DNA from: Desulfatiglandales bacterium
Lineage (GTDB): Bacteria > Desulfobacterota > DSM-4660 > Desulfatiglandales > HGW-15
NCBI GenBank assembly: GCA_963667015.2
Contig: CAXXJJ010000001.1
Coordinates: 704,001 to 768,000, forward strand
Reading direction: 5' to 3'
DNA: 64,000 bases
Part shown: one piece after another, positions 1 to 10,427 of the stretch
How positions within the stretch are numbered: position 1 is the first letter of the stretch
How the letters are laid out: the number at the start of each line of letters is the position of its first letter
The notes under the pieces: model-generated
What the model saw: only the letters and a program-made list of their open reading frames with translations
The model's database searches: none
Told to the model about the DNA's origin: nothing
Position numbers and translations under genes: made by a program

Positions 1-174
1 TTGAAGGATAACGTATCTTTCCGTTTTGGAATAGAGAATTTATTCAACAAGGCACCGTCTCTTTATAACAGGAATATGAGCAGTGAAACCGGTATGTACG
101 GCGGATCTTTCAGTAATCAGCTTAATGATGTTAATGGCCGTCGTTTCTATGTTGGAACCAAGTTGTATTTCTAA
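1..174 (+). CDS. TonB-dependent receptor, C-terminal end (gene begins before the window)
   Basis: Frame 1 reads LKDNVSFRFGIENLFNKAPSLYNRNMSSETGMYGGSFSNQLNDVNGRRFYVGTKLYF*. This closely matches the C-terminus of the receptor at 739-4032 and ends in the terminal Phe of beta-barrels. Confidence 0.9.
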   Translation: MKDNVSFRFGIENLFNKAPSLYNRNMSSETGMYGGSFSNQLNDVNGRRFYVGTKLYF

Positions 175-220
175 TAAGAAGTTTTAATCTTTCCAGAAGT
201 ATGGAAAGACAATCGTAGCA

Positions 221-257
221 GGGATAAGGGAGGCATTGCCTCCCTTATTCTTTTTTT
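221..257 (+). terminator. Rho-independent terminator
   Basis: GGATAAGGGAGGCA/TGCCTCCCTTATTC stem followed by a T run, after the receptor stop. Confidence 0.75.
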
Positions 258-607
258 AACAGTCATTAATCAAATTAAGTTATCCAGGCTGATGGATCGA
301 TAAAATCTTAATAAAATATATTTTTAAATTCTAGTAATATCAGTATATTAGTATACCATTCTGCTTTTTTTCATATTTTAATAGTGATTAGCCTTGATTT
401 TTTTAAGCCTTAATTATAAGTTTCAATAAATTCTCTTAATGTTAGCTTTCATCTTCACTCTCGTAATGGATGATTGGAATCTCGTTCGGTAACTTATTCT
501 CATGTTGAGGCTGGTTTTTCATTTTTTAAATGAGTATTACCGGCATCGCTTTAAGGTTATGGTGCTGTGATTTATAGTTTTACGGAATTACATTTTTTTG
601 TTTTAAG

Positions 608-676
608 AAATCTGCAGAAACCTAACGTCCTTGTCTCAAGAGGCGACGGATAGTGGTGTCTGCAGATTTTTTTTTT
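608..676 (+). promoter_or_regulatory. Structured 5' leader, possible attenuator, upstream of the TonB-dependent receptor
   Basis: AAATCTGCAGA...TCTGCAGATTT closing stem with inner CGTC/GACG and CTTG/CAAG stems, followed by T10, about 60 nt before the ATG at 739. Confidence 0.4.
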
Positions 677-738
677 GCTTCTATGAGGAAGCGCTTACTG
701 GCAAATACGCCAAAAACATTATATTTGGGGGTAGTTTT

Positions 739-3700
739 ATGGGAGGAAAAAGAGATTTAAGTTTTAAAAAATGGCTTTTATTTTGTTTTATCCTGAGCCT
801 TGTTACATCCGGACTGGTGATTTCGAGCCCGGTTCTGGCACAGGATGACGCGGATGAGTTTACACTTGAAGAAATCGTTGTTACCGGTTCACGTATTGCC
901 CGTAACAACAATCAGTCAACCAGCCCGATCGTAACTGTTGACAAGGATATGTTTGATCAGGCCTCCACATCGTCGATCGAGACTCAGCTTAACAAGTTGC
1001 CGCAGTTCACCCCGACAATGGACGTTCCGCAGATCGCAGGCCAGGACATTCAGCCGACTGCAACAAACACACCGGGTGAAGCAACAGTAGCGCTCCGCGG
1101 TATCGGCGCCAACCGTACTCTTGTACTCATTAATGGACGCCGCGGTACACCGTCGAACGCTATGGGTGTATTGGATATCAATACCATCCCTACAGCAGCA
1201 ATTCAGTATGTTGAAGCGATTTCAGGCGGTGCATCCTCAACCTACGGTGCCGATGCTATGGCAGGTGTTCTCAACTTTATCATGAAGGACAGATTTGAAG
1301 GCTTCCAGATTGATGCTACCGGCAGTATAACTCAGGAAGGAGATAATGAAGAATATACAATCTCCGGCGTTATGGGAACCAATTTTGCCGACGACCGTGG
1401 TAACATCATGATGGCATTTGCTTACAACGATCGTAAGGGCGCCAGGCAGCGGGACCGTTCATGGTTCAGGGATAACTGGCGTAATCCTGAAATAGGCGGT
1501 ACACAGTTCTTCGCACCGCTTAGCGGTTTTAGTCTGGGATACAGCAATCTCCCTGATGTGGAGACGATGAATTCAGTACTTGACGGTGCAACTTTCACCG
1601 CACCTCCTGCTGGTGCTGTAATCTATTATGACCCGGCTTCTGACAGCGCAGTTACCGGTTTTGAAAGAGCCAGTATTCCCGGTATCTCTTCTGCGGAAGC
1701 TGCCGGCCTTGTTGACGGATACTCAATCAAAATGAGAAACGACGGCTATCTTGCAGCCAACAATACCGAAACTTATCTGATCTTCCCTCTGGAACGTTAT
1801 AATTTCTATACCCAGGGTAATTACGAGATCAACGACCATGTTGGTGTATTCGGCCAGGCTTACTTCAACAAGACCAGGGCCAGAACGATCCAGGAACCTG
1901 GTGTATTAAGCGGCGGCTGGACAGTTACTATAGATCCTACTATCAACCGAAATTCGATTCCTACCGAAATCCTGACAATTCTCGATGCAAGAAGAAGGCC
2001 TGTTGGGCCAGGTGAGGAAGGATATATTACTCCTACCGAAGAAGTGCCAAATCCCGTTCAGCCGACAGTATCCGGTGCTGCTGAAACATTTGATTTTGGA
2101 ACCGCTCTTCTGTCAGAGCCCCGTGTTGGTAATACAGACACATTTACCTTTAACATGACCACAGGTCTCGAGGGTGATATTCCCGGAATCGACTGGACCT
2201 ATGAAGTATTTGTTTCACATGGCGAGGCAGAGACCACTTCAAATATGACAGGTTTTTATTCACTGGAACGTATGAGGGCGATCATGACCCTGCCTGATTT
2301 CGGTGCTGGAGCTGAAATTACAGGTAATGAAGAGTATGCGAATTTTGGGGCAGCAACAGCCACATGTACCAGCGGTATAAATCCCTATGACTGGGCATCT
2401 GTAACACAGGATTGCTGGGAGGCCGTAGCAGCACCTGTTAAGACAAGACAGATAATGGAGCAGACCATCTGGGAAGCAAACACCCAGGGTGCTATTGTTG
2501 ATCTGCCAATGGGCGAGATGCGTGGTTCATTAGGTGTCAGCTATCGTGAAAACAATTACCAGTTTCTTAGCGATAATATCAATACCCAGGGAAGATCTTT
2601 CAACGATCAGGTCCTTGGCCTCTATCCCAGCGGTGAATCAGAAGGAACCATTAAGGCAAAGGAAGCCTATGCAGAACTTCTTGTTCCTGTACTGAAAGAC
2701 ATTCCTTTTGTTGAGCAGCTTGAAGTTAATCTGGGCGGACGTCGTTCAGACTACAATACTACCGGTGTCAGCTATACATATAAGGCTGAACTTAACTGGA
2801 AAACCACTGAATTCCTCCGTTTCCGCGGCGGTTATAACCGTGCAGAACGTGCACCAAATATTGCAGAGCTTTATCTTGCACGGACATCATCCTTTGGCGC
2901 TATGAGTTATGGCGACGCATGTTCCATGAAAAACCGTTTGTCCTATTCGGCAAATCCTGTATACAACGATGACTGGGCAGATATTGTCAACCTTTGCAGC
3001 GGCTTGATGAACCTGCAGTCTCTCGCTGATGATGAACCTGATTATGAATTCTATGGGGCACAGGCAGCCGATATAGTAGCCTATGGCAATGCAAATCCTG
3101 TACCTACAGATGCGGCAGCAAAAGAAGCCTATGTTACTACCATGCGCACTGCATTAGGCATTTCAGATGACGATTGGGATCAGCAGCCCAATGCGGGATT
3201 CAGCTGGATCTGGCCTGTTGATATAGGAAATTCAACCCTTAAACCGGAAATCGCTGATACCTGGACCTTTGGTTTTGTTCTCGATTCCTTTGTTGAAGGT
3301 ATTCCTGCACTTATGGACTGGAGAATTTCACTGGATTACTACACCATTGAAATCTCTGATGCAATCGGTCTGCAGACCGGTGATGTTGTGGTACAGCAGT
3401 GTCTTGATCCAACATTTAATCCGACAGCCGATTATCAGTCTGCCTACTGTGCAGGCTATACCCGTAATCCTGAATCAGGAGCCCTGGCCACATTAGAGCG
3501 TTCATATTATAATAACGGCCGTTTCCAGACCTCTGGTATCGATATGCAGATCAACTGGGGAATGGAGGCAGGACCGGGCCGTGTTAGTGTTAGTACGCTG
3601 GTTAATTATCTGTTAGAAATGAAATCGGCTGAGCTTCCGACCAACCCGCTGGTTGATTATGTTGGAACCTTTGGCCCGAGCGGAAACGGTCTTAACGGTA

Positions 3701-4032
3701 ACAGCTTTGAGTGGCGTTCATTGACCACGGTTACTTATTCAATGAGCGACTGGGATGTTTCTCTAAGGTGGCAGCATCTTGATAAACTGGAGAATATAAC
3801 AGGGACTAATACACCCCTGCCATCATACGACATGTTTGATCTGCTCGGTAATTACAGGTTGAAGGACAATATCTCTTTCCGTTTTGGAATAGAGAACCTG
3901 TTCAATACAGCACCGAAGCTTTATAACAGGGATTATACCAATACTTCCGGTTTCTACGGCGGATCTTTCAGCTCCGCGAATCACGATCTTAATGGTCGTC
4001 GTTTCTATGTTGGAACCAAGGTATATTTCTAA
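739..4032 (+). CDS. TonB-dependent outer membrane receptor
   Basis: Signal peptide, TonB-box-like EEIVVTGSRI, plug motifs (LRGIGANRTLVLINGRR, GASSTYGADAMAGVLN) and C-terminal F. ATG 739 after GGGGG is preferred over TTG 631. Confidence 0.93.
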   Translation: MGGKRDLSFKKWLLFCFILSLVTSGLVISSPVLAQDDADEFTLEEIVVTGSRIARNNNQSTSPIVTVDKDMFDQASTSSIETQLNKLPQFTPTMDVPQIAGQDIQPTATNTPGEATVALRGIGANRTLVLINGRRGTPSNAMGVLDINTIPTAAIQYVEAISGGASSTYGADAMAGVLNFIMKDRFEGFQIDATGSITQEGDNEEYTISGVMGTNFADDRGNIMMAFAYNDRKGARQRDRSWFRDNWRNPEIGGTQFFAPLSGFSLGYSNLPDVETMNSVLDGATFTAPPAGAVIYYDPASDSAVTGFERASIPGISSAEAAGLVDGYSIKMRNDGYLAANNTETYLIFPLERYNFYTQGNYEINDHVGVFGQAYFNKTRARTIQEPGVLSGGWTVTIDPTINRNSIPTEILTILDARRRPVGPGEEGYITPTEEVPNPVQPTVSGAAETFDFGTALLSEPRVGNTDTFTFNMTTGLEGDIPGIDWTYEVFVSHGEAETTSNMTGFYSLERMRAIMTLPDFGAGAEITGNEEYANFGAATATCTSGINPYDWASVTQDCWEAVAAPVKTRQIMEQTIWEANTQGAIVDLPMGEMRGSLGVSYRENNYQFLSDNINTQGRSFNDQVLGLYPSGESEGTIKAKEAYAELLVPVLKDIPFVEQLEVNLGGRRSDYNTTGVSYTYKAELNWKTTEFLRFRGGYNRAERAPNIAELYLARTSSFGAMSYGDACSMKNRLSYSANPVYNDDWADIVNLCSGLMNLQSLADDEPDYEFYGAQAADIVAYGNANPVPTDAAAKEAYVTTMRTALGISDDDWDQQPNAGFSWIWPVDIGNSTLKPEIADTWTFGFVLDSFVEGIPALMDWRISLDYYTIEISDAIGLQTGDVVVQQCLDPTFNPTADYQSAYCAGYTRNPESGALATLERSYYNNGRFQTSGIDMQINWGMEAGPGRVSVSTLVNYLLEMKSAELPTNPLVDYVGTFGPSGNGLNGNSFEWRSLTTVTYSMSDWDVSLRWQHLDKLENITGTNTPLPSYDMFDLLGNYRLKDNISFRFGIENLFNTAPKLYNRDYTNTSGFYGGSFSSANHDLNGRRFYVGTKVYF

Positions 4033-4179
4033 AAAGGCTTGACGGTATTTCCGTTGTTATGGAAAGACAAGTCGAGGGGTGGGGGAATCTTAACAGTTTC
4101 TCTCATCCCGGTTTGACAGATGTATCGCTTTAATTATTATGCTGGTTTTTATTCAATAATCACATAATAAATCAGCTTT

Positions 4180-4214
4180 AAAAAAGGGTCGGCAGATTTT
4201 TACCGGCCCTTTTT
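4180..4214. terminator. Bidirectional Rho-independent terminator
   Basis: AAAAAAGGGTCGG...CCGGCCCTTTTT between convergent genes. Confidence 0.7.
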
Positions 4215-4242
4215 ATGTCTGTCTGCTTTCTAAATAAAAGGA

Positions 4243-6318
4243 TCAGGAGCCAAGCTTTCCTTTGCCAGCCATAATGTCTGCGACCTTATTCATTCCCAGT
4301 CCTTCCAGTGTCTTTCTGGTAGGCCACCCCTTGTCTTCACTCCAGCCTTCCAGTTTGTAAAAATTGGTTTTGAACTGCTCCACACCTTTTCTGTCCAGAT
4401 AAAGATCGTTCTGACTTTCAAAGCTCCATTTACCGTTGGTGTAAACGGGTTTAGGACCGCTTATGGGGAATGTCGCACCCGGCATATGCATGAACGGAGC
4501 AAATTTTTCCTGATCACGATGCCTTCCGGCCATTACTCTTATTGCACGTTCCATATTCCAGATCTTTCTGCCCGTCTCCATTGTATCTGCAAAGGAGTGA
4601 TTTTTCCCTGTCACGGCCTTATAGTAGCGATATTCAAGTTCAGGGCTCGGGCCAGCGATATCGTCAGATCCGCTGTTCATGAATACCGGAAGAAGCATCT
4701 CGCAGATAGACATTGCTTCGTTATAAAATCCTGCAAACCGTCTTGCCCACGCGAGCATTTTTGCCTTGTATGGCGAATAAATACCGGTTTTATATGCATC
4801 GTCCCCCTTCCATGAATTGCTGAATATTATCGGTTCGCCATCAAATGGAACAACCTTTTTGGCCATCATCTCAACAAGCTCTTCAGCTGTATAGTTGGCA
4901 GGACCACCGAAACCTCCTCCTCCGCTGAGGCCGAAAAAACCATGCCACACCGGATCCCCCGACATGAAGATATAGCTGTATGCCCATTCAACACCCGGTA
5001 GCGCATGATGCCAGCTTGCTCCCCATGCAGGGAGTCTCAAGGTCCCTTCGTTAAGATCTTTTTCAAGCCTTCCCCATTTATGGGCGGCTTCCATGACACC
5101 ATCCGCAAGATCTGCGCCAATGCCCACTCTTCTTGTAATTGCATCGCAGAAGATCTCCCGGAATTTAAGAGTGTCCCATTGATCCATCGGCAGGGGATAG
5201 GACTCTATTTTTTTGCCGGGGCCAAGTTCACCGATTTCATAAAGGTATTTAATATACCATCCCATCCCGGGTTCCATGGGGACCATCCCCTTAAAGGCTG
5301 GTGGTGCGTCTTTAACGGGCATAGTTACAGCTCCGCCGAATTTTGTCGCCCATGTGCAGATTCCCCATCTAACTGCAATGTCTGCCCCCCGCATCCTGAT
5401 ATTTGGGTCTCCGCCACCTAGCTGGCCGGGAGTTTGTTTGCCCATGTACCAGTATTCATCTGCACACATGGATTCTCCGCCATAATAGGAGTTCCTTCTG
5501 CGGTCGTTATTTATACATGGCATACACGCGGATTTGCCGGGCTGTGCCATCGTAATCTTGGGGAAATTTCTTGTGTGCCAGAGCCTTGTATCCACCAGCC
5601 CGGCAGGGTCGGCAACTTCAATGCTTCCGGTACCTATTACACTTATTGCCTTTAGATTTTTTGAACCGAAGACACCGCCAAACCCGCCGGTCCTGGCGCT
5701 GACACCGCTTCCGTGAATCAGGGCTGCAACCTTTGTCATAGTTTCCCCTATGGGACCAATGCAGACAATCTGCGGCATCGCGGTTGTGTAATCTTTTTCT
5801 ATTTCCTTCCATTGCTGTCCGAAACGTACACGGCCTGAAACAGCAGAGTTTATTTCATCCTGAGTCTCGAAGGTATCAAGCCCCCATAAACGCGTGCCAT
5901 CCTCAATGGTGACCCTTTCATTCACTATGTTTATCCACACGGGCTTGTCTGATCGTCCCTGTACTGCAATTCCGTCCCATCCGGCGAGTTTGAGCATGGT
6001 TCCAAATCTGCCGCCGAAGCTCGTCCTGTGAAACAGCGGTGCGGGATATGTTTCGGGAGCAATACCGCTGACACTGGTTCTTCCTGCGCCCGGAACACCT
6101 GTGGCTGCCAGCGGTCCGGTCATAAGAGAGATGACATTGCGCGGATCAAATGCATCCTGCATATCCCAGTCTCCGGGAACAACGGCGAGGTCCCAGAATA
6201 TGGCTGCGCCCATTCCAACACCTCCTCCAAATTCTTCATACTTCACAGTATCGATAGTCCTGACTTCTTTGGTGGTCAGGTTAACAAATAAGATTTTACC
6301 AGCGTATCCGTTTGCCAT
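4243..6318 (-). CDS. Aldehyde:ferredoxin oxidoreductase family (tungstopterin) protein
   Basis: GYAGKILFVNL, GGRFGTMLKLAGWDG, CIGPIGE, GGVFGSKNLKAI and C-terminal GWPTRKTLEGLG motifs of the AOR family. Confidence 0.9.
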   Translation of the reverse strand: MANGYAGKILFVNLTTKEVRTIDTVKYEEFGGGVGMGAAIFWDLAVVPGDWDMQDAFDPRNVISLMTGPLAATGVPGAGRTSVSGIAPETYPAPLFHRTSFGGRFGTMLKLAGWDGIAVQGRSDKPVWINIVNERVTIEDGTRLWGLDTFETQDEINSAVSGRVRFGQQWKEIEKDYTTAMPQIVCIGPIGETMTKVAALIHGSGVSARTGGFGGVFGSKNLKAISVIGTGSIEVADPAGLVDTRLWHTRNFPKITMAQPGKSACMPCINNDRRRNSYYGGESMCADEYWYMGKQTPGQLGGGDPNIRMRGADIAVRWGICTWATKFGGAVTMPVKDAPPAFKGMVPMEPGMGWYIKYLYEIGELGPGKKIESYPLPMDQWDTLKFREIFCDAITRRVGIGADLADGVMEAAHKWGRLEKDLNEGTLRLPAWGASWHHALPGVEWAYSYIFMSGDPVWHGFFGLSGGGGFGGPANYTAEELVEMMAKKVVPFDGEPIIFSNSWKGDDAYKTGIYSPYKAKMLAWARRFAGFYNEAMSICEMLLPVFMNSGSDDIAGPSPELEYRYYKAVTGKNHSFADTMETGRKIWNMERAIRVMAGRHRDQEKFAPFMHMPGATFPISGPKPVYTNGKWSFESQNDLYLDRKGVEQFKTNFYKLEGWSEDKGWPTRKTLEGLGMNKVADIMAGKGKLGS

Positions 6319-6320
6319 TT

Positions 6321-7085
6321 TTATGCTCCTCCCTTATTCTTATTCGATTCGGGCGCTGCCTTGGGCATGCCCATTCCCGGGAAACCCGTTTTGGGGGGCG
6401 GTGGTGCGAGATCCACATCATATCCGTCAATATCCCTCTGCGGCGGTGTCTTTGTAACAAGCTTAAGGGCCTTTACCGGACATGTTTCAACGCATGCCTG
6501 CTTACCATCGGGGCCGCCTTTTTCATTCCAGTATGGGGCGCTTTCGCACAGGTCGCATTTTGCCGATTTCTTTTTTACAGAATTCCAGATTGTCCTGTGG
6601 GGTTTCTGCGGACAGGCCTGGATACATCTTTTACACCCGATGCATTTGTTCTGATCGATACGCCGTATGTTTCCATTTGCCTCGTCAATATGACATGCAC
6701 CTGTCGGGCATGCCTCAACGCAAAGAGGTGTGACGCACTGCCTGCATACCGACATGACAATATCGTAGGGATACTTTGTAAAGGAAGGCGCATCACGTAT
6801 GATTTGAATCCTGGAGAGAGATGGGTTCGCAATACCTTCATGGGTAAGGGAGCAGGCGAACATACAACTCTGACAGCCAAGGCAAAGCCTGCTGTCATAA
6901 ACCAGGTATGCGCTGGATTTAGGGTGAGAGACTTTTTGGGGTTCCGGTGCGGGAACTTCGACATTTTTTGCGCAGCCGGGGGTTACAGCCAGCGCCCCTG
7001 CAGCCAGTGCTGCACTGCTGCCGACCAGAAACTGGCGTCTATCCATTTTCTTTTTCTTTTCTTCGGGTTTTTCAGATTCAGCCAT
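6321..7085 (-). CDS. 4Fe-4S dicluster (DmsB/NrfC-like) subunit with twin-arginine signal
   Basis: DRRQFL plus a hydrophobic stretch ending in GC; four Cys clusters (CLGCQSC..C, CRQC....C...CP, CIGCKRC...CP, CDLC...C...CP). Stop lies 2 nt before the AOR start. Confidence 0.9.
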   Translation of the reverse strand: MAESEKPEEKKKKMDRRQFLVGSSAALAAGALAVTPGCAKNVEVPAPEPQKVSHPKSSAYLVYDSRLCLGCQSCMFACSLTHEGIANPSLSRIQIIRDAPSFTKYPYDIVMSVCRQCVTPLCVEACPTGACHIDEANGNIRRIDQNKCIGCKRCIQACPQKPHRTIWNSVKKKSAKCDLCESAPYWNEKGGPDGKQACVETCPVKALKLVTKTPPQRDIDGYDVDLAPPPPKTGFPGMGMPKAAPESNKNKGGA

Positions 7086-7283
7086 AAAGCATTCTCCTTG
7101 TGGTAAATTTTTATCTCATTTACATAATATAAACAAACTACCTCATCATAAGGAGTGACGGATCAACTGAGGAGTAAATCTTTTAAATCGTCACAGACGA
7201 CGAGGAATTAAACCTTATGTCAGATATGATATAGTTCCTTACACTTTTATAGAATAAAATATCAGTGTCAATAAAAAAATAAT

Positions 7284-7578
7284 ATGCCGGTCATTGCGCA
7301 GGATGAGGAGTTCACACTTGAAGAGATCACGGTAACAGCGGAGAAGAGGGAAGCCGAGTTACAAAAGATTCCGATGTCCATCGATGTTGTAAGAGAACAG
7401 GAAATGCGAATTTATAATGTAAACCAGATAAACGATATCCAGAAGATTATGCCGGATGTCACTGTTAACACCCAAATCGGGTCATTTCAACAGATCAGTA
7501 TCCGCGAAGTTCAAATGATACAGTTTAACCCGATTTTTGAAACAACAGTCGCAACCCACCTTGCCTCTATGCATGTCT
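7284..7578 (+). pseudogene. TonB-dependent receptor remnant (TonB box and start of plug)
   Basis: AQDEEFTLEEITVTAEKREAELQKIPMSI is a typical receptor N-terminus. There is no complete signal peptide, and the frame runs into the 3' end of the convergent MCP gene after about 95 codons. Confidence 0.75.
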
Positions 7579-9276
7579 CTAGAGTAAATAAAGATCGTTT
7601 AATGCCTCAAACATTTTTGCCCTTGCATTTTCAAACTCGACCATAAGCAGTTCTACCTGCTCGTTTTCTCCTTTATTTACAACATCAACCAGTTCCTGAG
7701 CAATTGCATGTACTTTTTCATGGTGACGGCCTACATCCTTAAAAAGAGAGATGTCCTTCAGTTTTTGTCCATCCGGCCCATCATACCACTTCCCGAAATC
7801 GCAGGCATGATGATTGGTAACCTCTTCGGGTTCCAATGAAGGATTTCCATGAAGAAGGGCCTCAAACCTTGACCTCCACTTGAGGTGTGTGCCTTTTACT
7901 GAGCCTATATCAAAGGGTGAGGCGGGAAGTTTAACCTGTTCCAGGATACCGGAAAGGCGTTTTACTATCCTCTGTAAATCCTGTGAGCTTATGTCTACCT
8001 GTGAACTGGAGGCCTTCATCTCATCGGAGGATTGATGAACGCCGGAAATCTCTGATGAGATATCTGTAGCGACTATATAACTTTGTGATACATTATCATC
8101 CACATTTTGGATACCTTCAGAGGCCTGTGCAATATTCCGTGCGATCTCCTGGGTAGATACGGTCTGCTCTTCAACGGCATTGGCAATAGCGGTTACAATC
8201 TCGCTGACCTCGTTATTGATTTTTGAAATATCCTTTATCCTGCCTATTGTTTCTTTTGTTGACGCCTGGATACCGCCTATCTTTTGTTTGATTTCCTTTG
8301 TTGCCTGGGCTGTCTGTTTTGCAAGTTCTTTTATTTCATTTGCAACAACTGCAAAACCTTTACCTGCCTCACCTGCCCTTGCCGCCTCAATAGTGGCATT
8401 AAGGGCCAGAAGGTTGGTCTGTTCCGAGATATCATTAATAACCTCGGTAACCTTATTAATGTCCTCTGCTGCCTGCCCTAAACGATCAACCTTCTCCGAT
8501 GTGTCCTGAGTCTGGGCAAGGGCATTGTCAGTTATAACACGTGCCTTTTCGGTATTTTGTGCAATTTCGCTTATGGTAGCACTCATTTCCTCTGCTGCGG
8601 CAGCAACCATATTTACATTGGCTGCTGTCTGCTCACTCTCAGTTGTTACCATACTCATATTGTAGCTCATTAATTCCCCGGCTGCTGCAACCGTATCGGC
8701 GCGTATTGAGGATGTCTCTGCTCCCAGCTTCATATGCTCTGAAATTGAACTCAGGTTTGATGATGAGGCGCTTAATGTATATGATCCGTTTTTTATTTCC
8801 CTTAACATCTTTCCAAGGTTGGTCACCATGTTATTCAATGCAATGGAAAGAAGGCCAACCTCATCCTTCTGAGTTATGGCCAGTTTATTCATAAAATCCC
8901 CCCTGGCTATCTGTTCGGCAAAGGCGGTTGCCTTTTCGATAGGCCTGGAGATGGTTGAAGCAGTGAATAATGCAAGTAAAATACCTGCTGTAATTGCAAT
9001 TAAAGATATTATCGCTATGGTACGGCGGATTTTTTGAACATTTTTTACCATTTCTTCATCTGAAGTCTTGTTCCTATCTGATTCCCTGTGAAGGGATTCA
9101 TTCTCCTTTTGAGCAAACAATGAATCTGTTTGATGGTTCCGGATGATTTCCCTGGCCTGGTTTTCGATGGTTCCGACACCGTTATAGGAAAGAATTGATA
9201 CAGCTGAGAGTAATAAAAGAATGAGGCTGAATCCCAAAAAGAGTTTGGCGCGTACTTTAATATTTTTCCAGAACAA
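7579..9276 (-). CDS. Methyl-accepting chemotaxis protein with C-terminal CZB zinc-binding domain
   Basis: Two TM helices, HAMP, signalling hairpin [27 protein letters not shown], and C-terminal HLKW...CDFGKWY...HEKVH. Confidence 0.92.
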   Translation of the reverse strand: MFWKNIKVRAKLFLGFSLILLLLSAVSILSYNGVGTIENQAREIIRNHQTDSLFAQKENESLHRESDRNKTSDEEMVKNVQKIRRTIAIISLIAITAGILLALFTASTISRPIEKATAFAEQIARGDFMNKLAITQKDEVGLLSIALNNMVTNLGKMLREIKNGSYTLSASSSNLSSISEHMKLGAETSSIRADTVAAAGELMSYNMSMVTTESEQTAANVNMVAAAAEEMSATISEIAQNTEKARVITDNALAQTQDTSEKVDRLGQAAEDINKVTEVINDISEQTNLLALNATIEAARAGEAGKGFAVVANEIKELAKQTAQATKEIKQKIGGIQASTKETIGRIKDISKINNEVSEIVTAIANAVEEQTVSTQEIARNIAQASEGIQNVDDNVSQSYIVATDISSEISGVHQSSDEMKASSSQVDISSQDLQRIVKRLSGILEQVKLPASPFDIGSVKGTHLKWRSRFEALLHGNPSLEPEEVTNHHACDFGKWYDGPDGQKLKDISLFKDVGRHHEKVHAIAQELVDVVNKGENEQVELLMVEFENARAKMFEALNDLYLL

Positions 9277-9390
9277 TTTCTCCCCCCTCCCAAGGGTCGA
9301 TCACGTGAATTTATGATTTTCGAAATATTTATCAAGAATTAATGCGCTGGCATTAGCATAAATAGTGAACGCTCTAGCTGAACATAAGTA

Positions 9391-9406
9391 TTCAATAATT
9401 ATGCCA
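9391..9406 (-). promoter_or_regulatory. Putative sigma54 (-24/-12) promoter for the MCP gene
   Basis: Minus strand reads TGGCAT-AATTA-TTGAA, with an imperfect -12. Confidence 0.45.
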
Positions 9407-9737
9407 GAAAGAGCAGCGATATCAAAAATATGGATTATTCCTATTGACTGCTCTGCATATATTTCACGGTCTTAATTAATATTCTGATACTCCTGCCTGT
9501 AACTTGATGTCAAAATATTGGCATTTTGATGGCTGGCCAACTTAGATCTTTATTGATATATGCATTTTCTGAATTTCTATTTTTATCGTCAACAGGTGAA
9601 TATATCTGGTGATAAACAGGTTGGATAATACATAAAAAAGAAGAGTTATACGGAGTTAAACGGAAAGAAATCAGTTGATGCAGGGGGCTTCAGGGAGTAG
9701 CGAAAAACCGAAACAATACATATCTGATAATTTAAAA

Positions 9738-10424
9738 CTATAATTTTCTGATTCCTTCAGCCAGCTCTTTAACCACATCCCGATCAAGTATTCGAATTTT
9801 CCTCCCGTCGGATTCAATGATTCTCTGTTCTGTCATCCTGGTAAGAATTCGGGACAGTGTTTCGGGGATTGTTCCCAGCAGGCTTGCAAGCTGACCTTTG
9901 GTTATATTAAGCTCAAGGTCGTGTGAATTCTGCTTTTGTTCGCTTAGATACAGGAGATGTCTGGCAAGACGCCCAGGAACTTCCCTGAGAGACAGGTCAT
10001 CAATCATTGAAGTAAAGCTGCGCAGTCTCATGGAAAGGACGGCAAGCATATTAAGGGCAATGGAAGGATTTTTTTCTATAAGCCAGATCAGTGAGTCCCT
10101 CGGGAAAAACAGTGTCCGGCCCTGTTCCAGGGCATCTGCACTGGCAGGATATTTTTTACCGGCAAATACCGGGACCTCACCGAATACCTCTCCCGGTCCG
10201 AAGATATGAAGTATCTGTTCTCTTCCCTCAGATGACAGTTTAAAAACCTTTACTCTTCCGGCAATGACAACATAAAAACCTGTTGCCTGTTCATCTTCCG
10301 AGAAGATGTTTTCACCCTTTATGAAAGAGTTTTCAATGGCAATCATTGCCAGGGCTTCGATCTGGTCGGAGGGCAAGCCGTTAAACAGTGATATTGCGGC
10401 TATCTGGTCGGTTAATGTGGTCAT
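9738..10424 (-). CDS. Crp/Fnr family transcriptional regulator (HcpR-like)
   Basis: cNMP-binding domain (GEVFGE) and HTH LASLLGTIPETLSR. Confidence 0.9.
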   Translation of the reverse strand: MTTLTDQIAAISLFNGLPSDQIEALAMIAIENSFIKGENIFSEDEQATGFYVVIAGRVKVFKLSSEGREQILHIFGPGEVFGEVPVFAGKKYPASADALEQGRTLFFPRDSLIWLIEKNPSIALNMLAVLSMRLRSFTSMIDDLSLREVPGRLARHLLYLSEQKQNSHDLELNITKGQLASLLGTIPETLSRILTRMTEQRIIESDGRKIRILDRDVVKELAEGIRKL

Positions 10425-10427
10425 TTT

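Noticed and set aside
631..738. N-terminal extension of the TonB receptor from TTG 631
   Set aside because: It runs through the leader hairpin and T tract; the signal peptide and RBS fit ATG 739.
6312..7106. 264-aa plus-strand ORF, and the many similar antisense or nested ORFs in the track
   Set aside because: These are shadows of well-supported overlapping genes and have no motifs of their own.
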